From positions 1 through 64,000 of the IMG/VR virus record IMGVR_UViG_3300041964_000099: a DNA stretch of 64,000 nt; one strand, written 5' to 3'. A program made the translations under genes and the position numbers. The notes beneath the pieces are model-generated. The model saw nothing but the letters and a program-made list of their open reading frames with translations, had not been told where the DNA came from and made no database searches. Positions 1 to 9,302 of this stretch are shown here, piece after piece (positions within the stretch are counted from its first letter, which is position 1; each line of letters starts with the position of its first letter). Source of the stretch: a virus.

Positions 1-1053
1 TTGTCTGGAATCGTGGATTTGCGGCCTAACAAAGATCGTCCGATTTTCGGGGATAATTTACCGCCCAACACAACTAAAAAGCAAATCAGCGAGTTTCTGG
101 CCTTAAATTGGGATTCGCTCGCAGCTTTTAGCTATGAAGGCTATCTGCTTCAAGGTCGAGGTTTAATTCTTCTTGACTGGGATAACTCGCTGAATAAAGC
201 GCTCGATCTGATTGAGATTAATAACTCATTGACAGTTGAGCTGCAATGCTTTTACAGTCCGTCAATCTATCTTGGTGAGCGCTCAGAGCTGACGCAGGCA
301 ATGCGCCAAGACGAAGGGTTTGCAAAGCTGTTTGATTACTTTATTAATCGATATGTGCCAGAAACATCAGTAACTTTTGTGCTGGTGTGGGGAGTTACAT
401 CCGATCGCAGCGGGGGTGAGTATGAGCCTTTTACCGTGGCAATATACAATGCCGAAACACCTGTTGAACTTTATAAAAGACAGCGATCGCGACAATCAGA
501 GTTTGAGGTAGGGCCATCCAGGTCAGAAGCTCGCCAAGAAACCTACGATGAATTTGTCAAGAAATACATGCTCTGGAACAGGGAAAACCACGATGTTCTA
601 GAGCCACCGGAATCAAACGCGGATCAGCATCGGTTTTTGGCAGATCATCAATTTCAATTGATGATCTCCTACACCTACTATTACAATCACCACTCAGAGC
701 GTGGCGTTGTTCTAGTGCTGAGAATGCCTGACGGCCATTGGGGAACTTACTATCTGCCCGAACGTGACTTCGACATGGTGTTAGACGGCTGGCAGTCTCC
801 TGAGACGCAGATTGCTGAGTTTCTAAATAGTTTTGACCGGGAGCATGGGTTTGTCTGTGTTCTCTACTATGCCGATAGCGGCGTCTATCGAAGCTTTTCA
901 TTTGAAATACTAGGTGGGGTCAATGCTGGGCCGCCGATGCCCAAAGAGTTTGATATCGACCGACATCTGCCTGTCCAACCCAGCCTGGACGTGCTGCACA
1001 TGCGGCGGCTGTTGGCTGAGCAGTGCAAGAAACATCGCAAGACGAATGTTTAA
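1..1053 (+). CDS. hypothetical protein, probably 5'-truncated by the window edge
   Basis: 350-aa ORF from base 1 (TTG); no family recognised. Confidence 0.6.
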   Translation: MSGIVDLRPNKDRPIFGDNLPPNTTKKQISEFLALNWDSLAAFSYEGYLLQGRGLILLDWDNSLNKALDLIEINNSLTVELQCFYSPSIYLGERSELTQAMRQDEGFAKLFDYFINRYVPETSVTFVLVWGVTSDRSGGEYEPFTVAIYNAETPVELYKRQRSRQSEFEVGPSRSEARQETYDEFVKKYMLWNRENHDVLEPPESNADQHRFLADHQFQLMISYTYYYNHHSERGVVLVLRMPDGHWGTYYLPERDFDMVLDGWQSPETQIAEFLNSFDREHGFVCVLYYADSGVYRSFSFEILGGVNAGPPMPKEFDIDRHLPVQPSLDVLHMRRLLAEQCKKHRKTNV

Positions 1054-1072
1054 TGCGGCAGTTATTCTTTTG

Positions 1073-1198
1073 ATGAGCATCTGGCTGATACTGCCGGGGG
1101 GAAGCTGGCTGGCTCGATCGGCTGTAGCGATCGCGCTGCTGGTTACGGTCTGGACAGTTTGGCGAGCGCGATCGCGTAGGTCGCCTCCCAAAATTTAG
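1073..1198 (+). CDS. small putative membrane peptide (41 aa)
   Basis: ATG 1073; MSIWLILPGGSWLARSAVAIALLVTVWTVWRARSRRSPPKI has a hydrophobic stretch and a basic tail. Confidence 0.35.
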   Translation: MSIWLILPGGSWLARSAVAIALLVTVWTVWRARSRRSPPKI

Positions 1199-1321
1199 GG
1201 TGCGCCTTTTAAGCCAAAATGGTGCACCTTGCACCCTAAGTTTTTGCAGAGGGCGATCGAAGCCGCTGCCCAGCACGCCAGCAGATGATATGATGAAATC
1301 TGCACTTCGGGCGCTAAATCT

Positions 1322-1359
1322 GACAAAAGGGGCAGCCAATTTTGGTTGCCCCTTTTGTC
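1322..1359. terminator. bidirectional terminator-like hairpin between convergent genes
   Basis: GACAAAAGGGGCA ... TGCCCCTTTTGTC 13-bp arms plus inner CCAA/TTGG pairing. Confidence 0.65.
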
Positions 1360-1442
1360 GTGAATCGCTTATCCTACAAGAACAGGAAACGGTTCTTTTC
1401 CAACGCAAAAAGTGGGTGCAGTCATTTGATTGCGCCCGCTTT

Positions 1443-2003
1443 TTATGTGAATCGCCATTGCTCAGCAGTCATGAACGGCACACCAGCCGCGATCGCTGCC
1501 GCATTGTCTTCTGGGCGATCGCCCACCATTAATGCTTTCACCTGTGGAATAGGGTTGTAGCTTGCCTGATTGTGCGCGATCGCCAGCATCAGCATTCCAG
1601 CGTTCGGCTTCCGATAGTGGCCTGCAAATTTCTCGTACTGCGGCCATTGCTCGTGAACTGCAATGTTTTGCACTCCACTAACACGCCAGCAGAGTAACCC
1701 AGAGAAGTCAGGACAGAAGTACGCTTCACTCACCTTGCCATTGAAAAACTCCAGGCAAAATAGCATCTCTGCGATCGTGGATTCAAGCGTCTTGTGTCCG
1801 GCTTCAACTCCGCCCTGGTTCGAGACAATCGCAGGCTGCCAGCCATCGGCAACATAGCGATCGATCGCGGCTGCAACCCCTGGCAGCAGCTCTTGATCAT
1901 TAAAATCTTGCACGTATCGCTGGCCGGACGCAGGTTTAACTAGCGTGCCATCTTTATCTAGCAGCAGCAGCTTCAGAATCTGGCCCGTATCATTCCGTGT
2001 CAT
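1443..2003 (-). CDS. HAD-IIIA family phosphatase (polynucleotide 3'-phosphatase/GmhB-like)
   Basis: Motifs LLDKDGTLV (DxDGT), IVSNQGG, RKPNAGML, MVGDRPED. Confidence 0.85.
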   Translation of the reverse strand: MTRNDTGQILKLLLLDKDGTLVKPASGQRYVQDFNDQELLPGVAAAIDRYVADGWQPAIVSNQGGVEAGHKTLESTIAEMLFCLEFFNGKVSEAYFCPDFSGLLCWRVSGVQNIAVHEQWPQYEKFAGHYRKPNAGMLMLAIAHNQASYNPIPQVKALMVGDRPEDNAAAIAAGVPFMTAEQWRFT

Positions 2004-2305
2004 TTCGTGTCATTCCGTGTTATCAGCTCGTCAGTTTCTTGTCTTCCTCTATTGCACAACTGAATTGCGCCTTGGACTGCTGTGGCAGCAACTTGAATAA
2101 GTTCAAAAGGATCGGGGTCATTTTCTTTGACGCTATCCCAGAACTCGTCTAGTTCCTCTAGCAATACCGCATAAAGCTCATGTGAGCTATTGAATCTGCC
2201 ATGTTCAGCAGCAGCGGCAACCATTTCATCTTGAACCGCATCAAAGATGGTTGTTGATGTAATTTGCAATGCTTTGTTTGTATGTCGCTTCATTTTAGAT
2301 GCCAA
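2000..2305 (-). CDS. small MazG-like/NTP pyrophosphohydrolase-type protein
   Basis: HGRFNSSHELYAVLLEELDEFW...ELIQVAATA resembles the EExxE and ELIQVAA helices of all-alpha NTP-PPases. Confidence 0.5.
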   Translation of the reverse strand: MASKMKRHTNKALQITSTTIFDAVQDEMVAAAAEHGRFNSSHELYAVLLEELDEFWDSVKENDPDPFELIQVAATAVQGAIQLCNRGRQETDELITRNDTK

Positions 2306-3281
2306 GTTTCAAAGCCTGAACTGCCTCATGCTTCTTGTCTTCCTGCCGCTGGTCATACTTTGCCGTCGTTGCCGGATCGGAGTGCCCGACCAGGCGCTGC
2401 ACAAGAATGATATCGACCCCGGCCTTAAGTAAGTATGTGATAAAAGTTCGGCGAAAGTCATGCGGTGAACAGTCTGGAATGCCAGCTTGTTGCACCCGCT
2501 TTTTGAGCATCACAAGCACCGCTTGAGACTGAAGCGGATTAGGAGAATAGATTAAATTGTCTCCCCGGTTAATCGGGCAGAACAATGGCCCCGGTCTATC
2601 ACCCCGGCGATCGAGCCAGCGCTGTACAGGTGGGATAGCATAGGTCGGCAGGTAAGTAATGCGCGACTTGCGCCCTTTACCATTTAGCACTTTGACGCTG
2701 CCAGTGGTGAGATCAACTTCTTCGCGCATCAGATTCACGACTTCCGATCGCCGCAGGCCCGCGCACAAAATGCCGAGCATTCCAGCATCGCGATCGCCCG
2801 CTGCGGTGGCTTCAGCCTCGCAAACTGCAAACAATTTGCCCAGCTCCGCTTCAGTCAGGGCACGGCCAGACTGAAACTCTTCGGCTTTGATGTCAGCAAT
2901 GTTTGCCGCGCGATGGAAAGTTTCTGTCTCCATCTGCCCCAGCTCCCAGGCTGCACGCAGCGTCTTGCGCAACGCGCAGAGCATTCGATTTGCAGTCTTC
3001 GGAGCATAAAGCGTCATCAGCACCGATCGCAGCGCGACCGTGTGCTGATAGCGCAGTTGTGCCCAGTCGAAGGAGACTGCATCATGCTGCCCGCTCGTGA
3101 GTAGCCCTGCCATCTTATTGAGAGCGCCCAGCATGGTCGGGCGCGAAGATGCCCCTAACTGTGCCAAATAAAGCAGTGCAGGCCGCTCATCTGAAGGGCG
3201 CGGGGAGACCCAGCCCAGCTCGCCAGAGGGAGAGTGAACAAGGGTAGCTGGGATAGGTAGAGGAGCGACACGAGCAGTCAT
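2295..3281 (-). CDS. tyrosine recombinase (XerC/integrase family)
   Basis: AGLRRSE (R), GKGRK (K), HDFRRTF (HxxR), LVGH, TTAKY (Y); probable start MTARV at 3281 (ORF track extends to 3344). Confidence 0.93.
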   Translation of the reverse strand: MTARVAPLPIPATLVHSPSGELGWVSPRPSDERPALLYLAQLGASSRPTMLGALNKMAGLLTSGQHDAVSFDWAQLRYQHTVALRSVLMTLYAPKTANRMLCALRKTLRAAWELGQMETETFHRAANIADIKAEEFQSGRALTEAELGKLFAVCEAEATAAGDRDAGMLGILCAGLRRSEVVNLMREEVDLTTGSVKVLNGKGRKSRITYLPTYAIPPVQRWLDRRGDRPGPLFCPINRGDNLIYSPNPLQSQAVLVMLKKRVQQAGIPDCSPHDFRRTFITYLLKAGVDIILVQRLVGHSDPATTAKYDQRQEDKKHEAVQALKLGI

Positions 3282-3321
3282 GAGAAGTGAAAGTGAGAAG
3301 TTAAACCTAGTGTTCCCAGCG

Positions 3322-3669
3322 TCAGAGACTGCCCTGAACGACATGATCGCGCAGCTCTAAACCCAAGAAGCCGCGAGAAATGTAAGGGGTGTCTTTCCCA
3401 ACCAAAATTTTGAGTTTGAGATCGGGTCGGTTGAGTTTGGCGATCGCATCGTCTCGCCAGTTCTCCATCACTGAAACCATCTCCTCGCTGTGCATCACCA
3501 GCAGCACTGAGGAACCACGGCTCGCTGTTGCGATCGCATCCACGAGCATTGCAGTGGTGCGGCCTGAGCGCCGGGGATATTCAGGATTGACCCGTGCTTT
3601 CTCTTGAAAAAATTCGATCGGTTGCAGGCTGAGCTGCTTGAGAATTTCATCTTGGTTCAGGCTAGTCAT
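3322..3669 (-). CDS. hypothetical protein with a P-loop-like segment
   Basis: RRSGRTTAML resembles a degenerate Walker A; co-oriented with the recombinase operon. Confidence 0.55.
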   Translation of the reverse strand: MTSLNQDEILKQLSLQPIEFFQEKARVNPEYPRRSGRTTAMLVDAIATASRGSSVLLVMHSEEMVSVMENWRDDAIAKLNRPDLKLKILVGKDTPYISRGFLGLELRDHVVQGSL

Positions 3670-3690
3670 GGTGGAAAGGAAAAGTAAAGG

Positions 3691-4062
3691 TCATGAGGAT
3701 GTTTGCTCATCCTTCCCTAATTCTGATTGCTGGAGCGCGGCCACGATCGTCCGATGCCCTTGCAGTGCAGCATCCCAGCTTTCATAGCGCCACTGGACTT
3801 TTGGCAGTTTCGCTTCTATCTCCTCATCTTCTGCAAACAGCATCGTTTCAAATAAAATTGCCTCACCGCCTGGTCGATACTGCAAGTTCATGGGTGTGAA
3901 GACGGTACAGACCCGAACTCCCTTTACCCTGTCTGCTCCAACGATGCAGCTCGCTTCATTTTCCGCGTGCCAGATGGCGGCAGACAGAAAATCGGTAGGA
4001 ATCGGCTGGCGATCGCTGCCCAAGATATAGAACGAAAACCGTTTTTTAAGGTCTGGCCGCAT
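3691..4062 (-). CDS. phage/plasmid-type hypothetical protein
   Basis: TVF...LFETMLF...WRYESWDAALQGH pattern is typical of small phage proteins; first gene of the minus-strand operon. Confidence 0.6.
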   Translation of the reverse strand: MRPDLKKRFSFYILGSDRQPIPTDFLSAAIWHAENEASCIVGADRVKGVRVCTVFTPMNLQYRPGGEAILFETMLFAEDEEIEAKLPKVQWRYESWDAALQGHRTIVAALQQSELGKDEQTSS

Positions 4063-4226
4063 AAATGTATTTTGCCCTGAAACACTGATTATAGGAAGCT
4101 AAAATGTACCTTTTAGTTGTCTATTCCCTGTCAAGGGTGTTGCACCTCTGATTGCAGGCTGATTACAGCTCTAGACCCCCACACCCGATCGTGGGAATCC
4201 TAAACTTATTCTCCCTGAGCAAAATC

Positions 4227-4631
4227 ATGACCTCAACTGAATCGCCAACGCCGACCCGTCGCCGCAGGCAAACCAAAAAAACGATCGCGCAGCCCGCGCA
4301 GCCTGCGCCTTCATCAGAAATTGCAACAGGACTATCGATCGACACACTAATTTCACGAATTGAGGGGTCACAGCCCCTTGACGAAAATACCCCTACTCTG
4401 CTGCAAGGTGAAATTGTCGCTGTACTATTTACCGCTGAATCAGCACAGAAGAAATCAATCAATCTTTCAGCTCGAATCTCGACAAGTTCAGACAGGTTGA
4501 AAAAAGATTTGTCATCACTTTGTTATCAACTATCGTTAGGGTTGATAGATGCTGTCTGGTTGTCAGACGCCATCGGTGCAACAGTTCTAGTTCGTTCGAG
4601 TCTTGCATTTGAAGCGGAAAAATCCGCTTAA
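4227..4631 (+). CDS. hypothetical protein
   Basis: ORF 4152-4631; probable ATG at 4227 (MTSTES). Confidence 0.55.
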   Translation: MTSTESPTPTRRRRQTKKTIAQPAQPAPSSEIATGLSIDTLISRIEGSQPLDENTPTLLQGEIVAVLFTAESAQKKSINLSARISTSSDRLKKDLSSLCYQLSLGLIDAVWLSDAIGATVLVRSSLAFEAEKSA

Positions 4632-4766
4632 AGATAGAGCAAAACTCGCTACGGATAACGCCTTTGAGTGCTGGCTGTTACACTTAAACTTGACAGAAAA
4701 TACTTAATTCATTCACTCATGAAGCGTATTTTGACTGTAGAAAAAGTGGCAGAAACTTCAATCTTC

Positions 4767-5426
4767 ATGCCTCAAAGTGGCAATCGCGCCCGACAGAAAG
4801 AACAGAGACCTCGTTACACTCTCTATGTTCCTGCAACGCTAGCGAAAGAAATTGAAGCAACACGCTTGCCAGGAGATTTGCAGACCGAACCGCTTTCCCG
4901 CTTGCTGCGGCGGCTGGTGGTTGCAATTCGCGAGCGAAAAGCGCCCAAACCGCCAAATCGCTTCGATATACCAGCGCTGGAGACGCGAACAGAGCTGTAT
5001 TCGTTTCGGCCTGAGATGTGCGGCAATCGCCTGATCGAGAACTGGCTGAGGCGCTGGGAGCGAGAGCATGGTAAACGCAACAAGCAAGCTGTGCTGAACT
5101 ATCTATTTGAGTGGGCCGTACAATTGCCCAGTTGCCCGCCGATCGAGTCAGCAGTTGAGGCAGCCTTCTGGCTGCCTCAAGATGAGCGCTTCTCGGTTCT
5201 CACTGCACTGTTACATCTGCGGCTGCGGTGCAGTGACAGTCATGCTCGGCAGTTTCTCAGCGAACTGGAACAGCTCGATCACATCAAATTAATCCATTGC
5301 CACAACCTACCCCGATCGATGCCCTCGCTGGTCGTGGGCGGACGGCAAGTAAATGTAGTTCTTCGCCATGACTCACTCAAAGGGGCCATCCAAGGGGCGA
5401 TCGGGATACCGCAAGCCCAACGCTAA
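4767..5426 (+). CDS. putative DNA-binding protein, paralog A
   Basis: N-terminal RYTLYVPATLAKEI (RHH-like strand-helix); similar to the next ORF; start uncertain (4668-4767). Confidence 0.6.
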   Translation: MPQSGNRARQKEQRPRYTLYVPATLAKEIEATRLPGDLQTEPLSRLLRRLVVAIRERKAPKPPNRFDIPALETRTELYSFRPEMCGNRLIENWLRRWEREHGKRNKQAVLNYLFEWAVQLPSCPPIESAVEAAFWLPQDERFSVLTALLHLRLRCSDSHARQFLSELEQLDHIKLIHCHNLPRSMPSLVVGGRQVNVVLRHDSLKGAIQGAIGIPQAQR

Positions 5427-5967
5427 ACGGCAGAAGTATTCCTGGTCAACGACGCTGACTCAGCAGGACAGAATCAGACTGCATCGCTTTGAAGGTGAGG
5501 ATTTACAACCTTGCCTTAATCGCCTGCTCAGACGGCTGGCGATCGCCATTGAGAACAATTCAGCGCCACCGGAACCAGCCGCACTGAATGAGCCGAATGA
5601 AGCAGTTTATTCACTGCGGCCTGAGCCAATTGTTGCAGCACTGATAGAGCAGCGGCTTCAGAAAGAGGAGGGTCGCGGCAGAGTGCAGCGAGCCTTGTTT
5701 AGCCTGGTAAATTGGGCGCTGGAGTTGCCAGTTACAGGGCAGCTCGCTTCGGCTGAGGAAGCAATGGGAGTGCTGCGGCAGTTTCGCGGCCAGCGGCTGA
5801 AGGCTGAAGACGTGAAGGATTTGCTGACGAACCAATGCACCGATGCCCAGGCCCGATCGTGGCTGTGGGAGCTGCACAGCGCTGGCAAAATCCGCCTAGT
5901 TACTTCGCCCAGCAAAGGCATTCAGATAGGCTCAAAAAACAACTACTACTACATTGATTTCTTCTGA
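5368..5967 (+). CDS. putative DNA-binding protein, paralog B
   Basis: LNRLLRRLAIAI / YSLRPE / WALELP match LSRLLRRLVVAI / YSFRPE / WAVQLP of paralog A. Confidence 0.6.
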   Translation: MTHSKGPSKGRSGYRKPNAKRQKYSWSTTLTQQDRIRLHRFEGEDLQPCLNRLLRRLAIAIENNSAPPEPAALNEPNEAVYSLRPEPIVAALIEQRLQKEEGRGRVQRALFSLVNWALELPVTGQLASAEEAMGVLRQFRGQRLKAEDVKDLLTNQCTDAQARSWLWELHSAGKIRLVTSPSKGIQIGSKNNYYYIDFF

Positions 5968-6222
5968 TTTTAGGCGTTCGTTTTTAGACATCTATGCAAT
6001 CTGGCTGACAAAAATTGCTGCAACAATAGCGCGTGGATCGCTCGATCGAGTTGAGGCAAAATCGTCAGCGATCCACGCATTCGTGATCCACAAGGCGAAC
6101 GATCCAGCGATCCACTGATCCCCTAGAAAACCAGTATTCGGGAGCGCTGTATTCTTTGCTATGAGAGAGTTTCAACCTGTATGCCAAAGTTGCGGCTTCA
6201 TGAAAAATTTGCTAAAATGGTC

Positions 6223-6251
6223 TTGACAACGAATCGCGAATAAGGTATAAG
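6223..6251 (+). promoter_or_regulatory. sigma70-type promoter
   Basis: TTGACA (6223-6228), 17-nt spacer, TATAAG (6246-6251). Confidence 0.65.
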
Positions 6252-6547
6252 GAAACCTCGCTGTTTGGCGTCTCTTCATGTTTGTAAAGTTTGTGTAAAG
6301 TCTGAGCGCTTTTGGACAACTACCGAAGTTTGTATGCAATATTGAATTCACGGCGCAAGTCACTCACTCACCGCCAACAAAGTTAGAAGTTGATAGTACG
6401 CTTACAGCCGATCGCGACTGTACAGCCGATCTCGATTTCTCAAGACTTTTACCCCGCTAGCGATAGCAATTGTGCATTCTGATAGGTTGCACTTCTGCTA
6501 TCGGTAATCGGTAGCAATTCACCCTAAATTTTGGAGATCTTCAAGTC

Positions 6548-7240
6548 ATGCGTATTCAACTAAGCAACCTAGATCGCTCGGTATCCCAAGAAATCAAGGT
6601 AGCCAAAACAGCGAAATCCTTCACAACCTATCGCCTAACAAATCGAGGTGAATCAGGCGCAATCTGGCAAATTTACAATGAAAAATCACCTCAGCCGATC
6701 GTTCTAATTCAGTTGGATGTTGACTTTGGCATCAAATGGGCGATCGTTGGAACGATTAGCGCTGTAGAAGTTGAGAAGTTGTTTAACGTCCTACTTCTTG
6801 AAGCGTTCGATCACTTGCCGAATCAAGATTTTAATCTGTCCACTGCAACCGGATCGATCCTGTTGGCGGTAGCGCTGCAAGTGATGGATGTAGCAGGAAT
6901 TGATTTTTCAACTGCTGGAATCAATGCTTCACCTAGCCTTAACATGGCAACGGCTGAGGATTGGTTAGAGGCTTATCAAACTGTCAGCACTCGCGCTAAC
7001 CTCGATCCTCGATTCTTTGCCGAATTCGTTTCGATCATGTCCGATCACAACGTCACGATCAAAACTTCGATCCCTATCACTGAGGCAGAAGCCACACCGC
7101 AAACTGAGGCAGAAGCCACACCGCAAACTGAGGCAGAAGCCACACCGCAAACTGAGGCAGAAGCCACACCGCAAACCACATCTAAGCCTAGAAATAAGCG
7201 CAAAGCGGAGGAAGTGCAAACCGTAGCAGTATCAGTCTAG
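6548..7240 (+). CDS. hypothetical protein with C-terminal TEAEATPQ x4 repeat
   Basis: 230-aa ORF, GGAG RBS upstream. Confidence 0.7.
   Translation: MRIQLSNLDRSVSQEIKVAKTAKSFTTYRLTNRGESGAIWQIYNEKSPQPIVLIQLDVDFGIKWAIVGTISAVEVEKLFNVLLLEAFDHLPNQDFNLSTATGSILLAVALQVMDVAGIDFSTAGINASPSLNMATAEDWLEAYQTVSTRANLDPRFFAEFVSIMSDHNVTIKTSIPITEAEATPQTEAEATPQTEAEATPQTEAEATPQTTSKPRNKRKAEEVQTVAVSV
7079..7174 (+). repeat. 24-bp tandem repeat x4 (ACTGAGGCAGAAGCCACACCGCAA)
   Basis: Four exact in-frame copies. Confidence 0.95.
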
Positions 7241-7304
7241 ATCTCTCGCTTGGGGAGAGGCTACCTCTCCCCAAAAAATCAACCTTACCCAAACTTTAAG
7301 CATT

Positions 7305-8810
7305 ATGAAAGGCTTAAGCGAATCCCCGATCGATCGTAAAAAATCTCTAGACTCTCGCATTGTTCGCGTTGTGCAAGTCATGCCAACCGAACCGATCGAG
7401 ATTGACTGGAATAGGGCAGGAATTCAAAAAACTGATGATTATGATTGCCGTGCGCAAAATTCCGCCAAAGTAGCAGAATCGGCAGAAGTGCGATCGCTAC
7501 CTCACCACACTACCGATCGGCAGATTAAGCATTATGGCCTAGATCGATCGCGTCAAAAATTGGTGAATGGTCGCATCATTCAGGATTCCAAGGTAGGTAC
7601 ATCTGCCGATCCTTTTACAGGTTGGCAAGCGCAAACCGTGCCTAGCTTTTTCGAGTTGATGTGCTGTCTTTCTCTTCAGGTATCCCACGAATCCCTAGCA
7701 CTGCTGGAAACACTAGGCTATGAGAAAACTTTTTTAGATACTCTCTCAATTGGTGATCTAGTCACAGCCAGAAAACTACTTAAAAAACATCCGTTTGCCT
7801 ATACCGAACGCGGATCGTTATGGGAACAATTGCCCACGTCGATCCGTATTACTCCCAAAATTTGCCTAACTACTGCGATCGTTTGTTCTATGCTTCTGCC
7901 CAAACAGGGCGATCCGCTAGTTTCTAAATTCTTGCGATCGCTCGTTTGGAACAAACAGCCATCAAACAAAGTACGGATCGAAGTTGATATTTATCACACT
8001 GAAACTAGCGCTAGGTTTGCGATCGGACGGGTTAAGCCAATCGCAAGAAATCGAGTAGTCGGGGAAGTCAAAAAAATTGCAGCATCGTCTAAAACTCGCT
8101 TCACTGAAGCAACAAACGAAACCGCCAAACAACTGAATGAGGCTAGGCTAAATTACGATACTCGCTACATTCACGGCACTATTGAGATCGTTTTGTCGCC
8201 ATCTAACAATCGAGGGAAGCATATTTGCGCGGTGACAGCGATCGATCTCAATAGCGGGCGCATTATCCCGCTAGGCACAATCCGCCACAAAGATGGCAAG
8301 CTGTTCTATGTGTTCAAAGATATTTTGGCTGGAGATGGCGATCGTCAAGCGCTAGAAGGCGCATTAAAAAAACGATCGATCGCGCCCGGTAAAATGGCCG
8401 CAGAAATTGCCGACACTAAAGCAAAAATTTCGGCTAAAAATAGAGAGATTGAGGAGATGAAAGGCAAGATCAAGACGGTTAGGGATCTAGCACTCACCAA
8501 GAAACTAGAAGCGCTACGGATTGAGTTAAAACAGCTACACGCGGATCTAGCTTCCCTCTCATCTCCCAATAATGCGGATCACATCCGCCAAAACTTGCAG
8601 AAGTTTGATCAATCGCTACTCTTTCCGATCGTGTCTGCCCTATCTTCTCTAGGCTTGCAGTTTAATCACTGGGTTCGCTGTATTCCCTCACAATCGCCCC
8701 TATCCTCTCCCCGATACTGGGCAGACAAATTTGGCGTACTGGTTTGCTATGACGATGATCAGATCAAGGCTAATAAACCGATCGAGTTCGTGAAAGACTT
8801 ACGCAAGTAA
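7305..8810 (+). CDS. large orphan protein with C-terminal coiled coil
   Basis: 501-aa ORF; coiled-coil-like IADTKAKISAKNREIEEMK...LKQLHADL; no family recognised. Confidence 0.7.
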   Translation: MKGLSESPIDRKKSLDSRIVRVVQVMPTEPIEIDWNRAGIQKTDDYDCRAQNSAKVAESAEVRSLPHHTTDRQIKHYGLDRSRQKLVNGRIIQDSKVGTSADPFTGWQAQTVPSFFELMCCLSLQVSHESLALLETLGYEKTFLDTLSIGDLVTARKLLKKHPFAYTERGSLWEQLPTSIRITPKICLTTAIVCSMLLPKQGDPLVSKFLRSLVWNKQPSNKVRIEVDIYHTETSARFAIGRVKPIARNRVVGEVKKIAASSKTRFTEATNETAKQLNEARLNYDTRYIHGTIEIVLSPSNNRGKHICAVTAIDLNSGRIIPLGTIRHKDGKLFYVFKDILAGDGDRQALEGALKKRSIAPGKMAAEIADTKAKISAKNREIEEMKGKIKTVRDLALTKKLEALRIELKQLHADLASLSSPNNADHIRQNLQKFDQSLLFPIVSALSSLGLQFNHWVRCIPSQSPLSSPRYWADKFGVLVCYDDDQIKANKPIEFVKDLRK

Positions 8811-8826
8811 ATTTTCACTAGAAACC

Positions 8827-8868
8827 AATCAACCCCGCTTCGGCTACCAGGTCGAAGCGGGGTTGATT
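8827..8868. terminator. intrinsic terminator between convergent genes
   Basis: AATCAACCCCGCTTCG / CGAAGCGGGGTTGATT 16-bp perfect arms. Confidence 0.8.
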
Positions 8869-8934
8869 TTCGTTCTGAGGATAAATCCGTTGACGCCGAT
8901 AAACTCTCTGCTGGCAGGTCATTTTGGGTCGGGA

Positions 8935-9273
8935 TCATCGGGATCGGCATCTAGCAGCATAGTAGCCCTGCCAATAGGCATCGCTGCGATCGCAGTCAGG
9001 CTTGGCAGCTCGCTGGGTCAAATCCTCATGTTTGGGTGTTGTTTTGCGGCCACGCTTGCGCTTGCCATCAGTCAAGCGCTCAAGGTTGTCTGGGTCGTTC
9101 TCATTGCGATCGCCGCTGATGTGATGAACAACGCTTCCATCATTCGGCTCTGCGCCAGCAATGCGGCGATAGGATCGCCGACCATCCTTGTAGGCTGGGT
9201 TGTTCTCGCCTTCAAGAGCTTTGGATCGCTTGCGCTTATGTTCTGCTGATTGGGTGTATCCGGGTTTAGGCAT
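8935..9273 (-). CDS. HNH endonuclease-like protein
   Basis: GENNPAYKDG and VVHHISGDRNENDPDNL (HNH_3-like); probable start MPKPG at 9273. Confidence 0.75.
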   Translation of the reverse strand: MPKPGYTQSAEHKRKRSKALEGENNPAYKDGRRSYRRIAGAEPNDGSVVHHISGDRNENDPDNLERLTDGKRKRGRKTTPKHEDLTQRAAKPDCDRSDAYWQGYYAARCRSR

Positions 9274-9302
9274 GGGATTAGTGTGCCCGACTGGAGCGCG
9301 GT

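Noticed and set aside
3322-3669. Terminase large subunit or helicase
   Set aside because: Only 115 aa, GRT instead of GKT, and no Walker B or nuclease domain
7079-7174. CRISPR array
   Set aside because: Head-to-tail 24-bp repeats with no spacers, in frame within a CDS
7305-8810. TnpB/Cas12-like nuclease suggested by the AIDLN motif and size
   Set aside because: No recognisable RuvC-II glutamate, zinc finger or RuvC-III motif, and no CRISPR array or IS ends nearby
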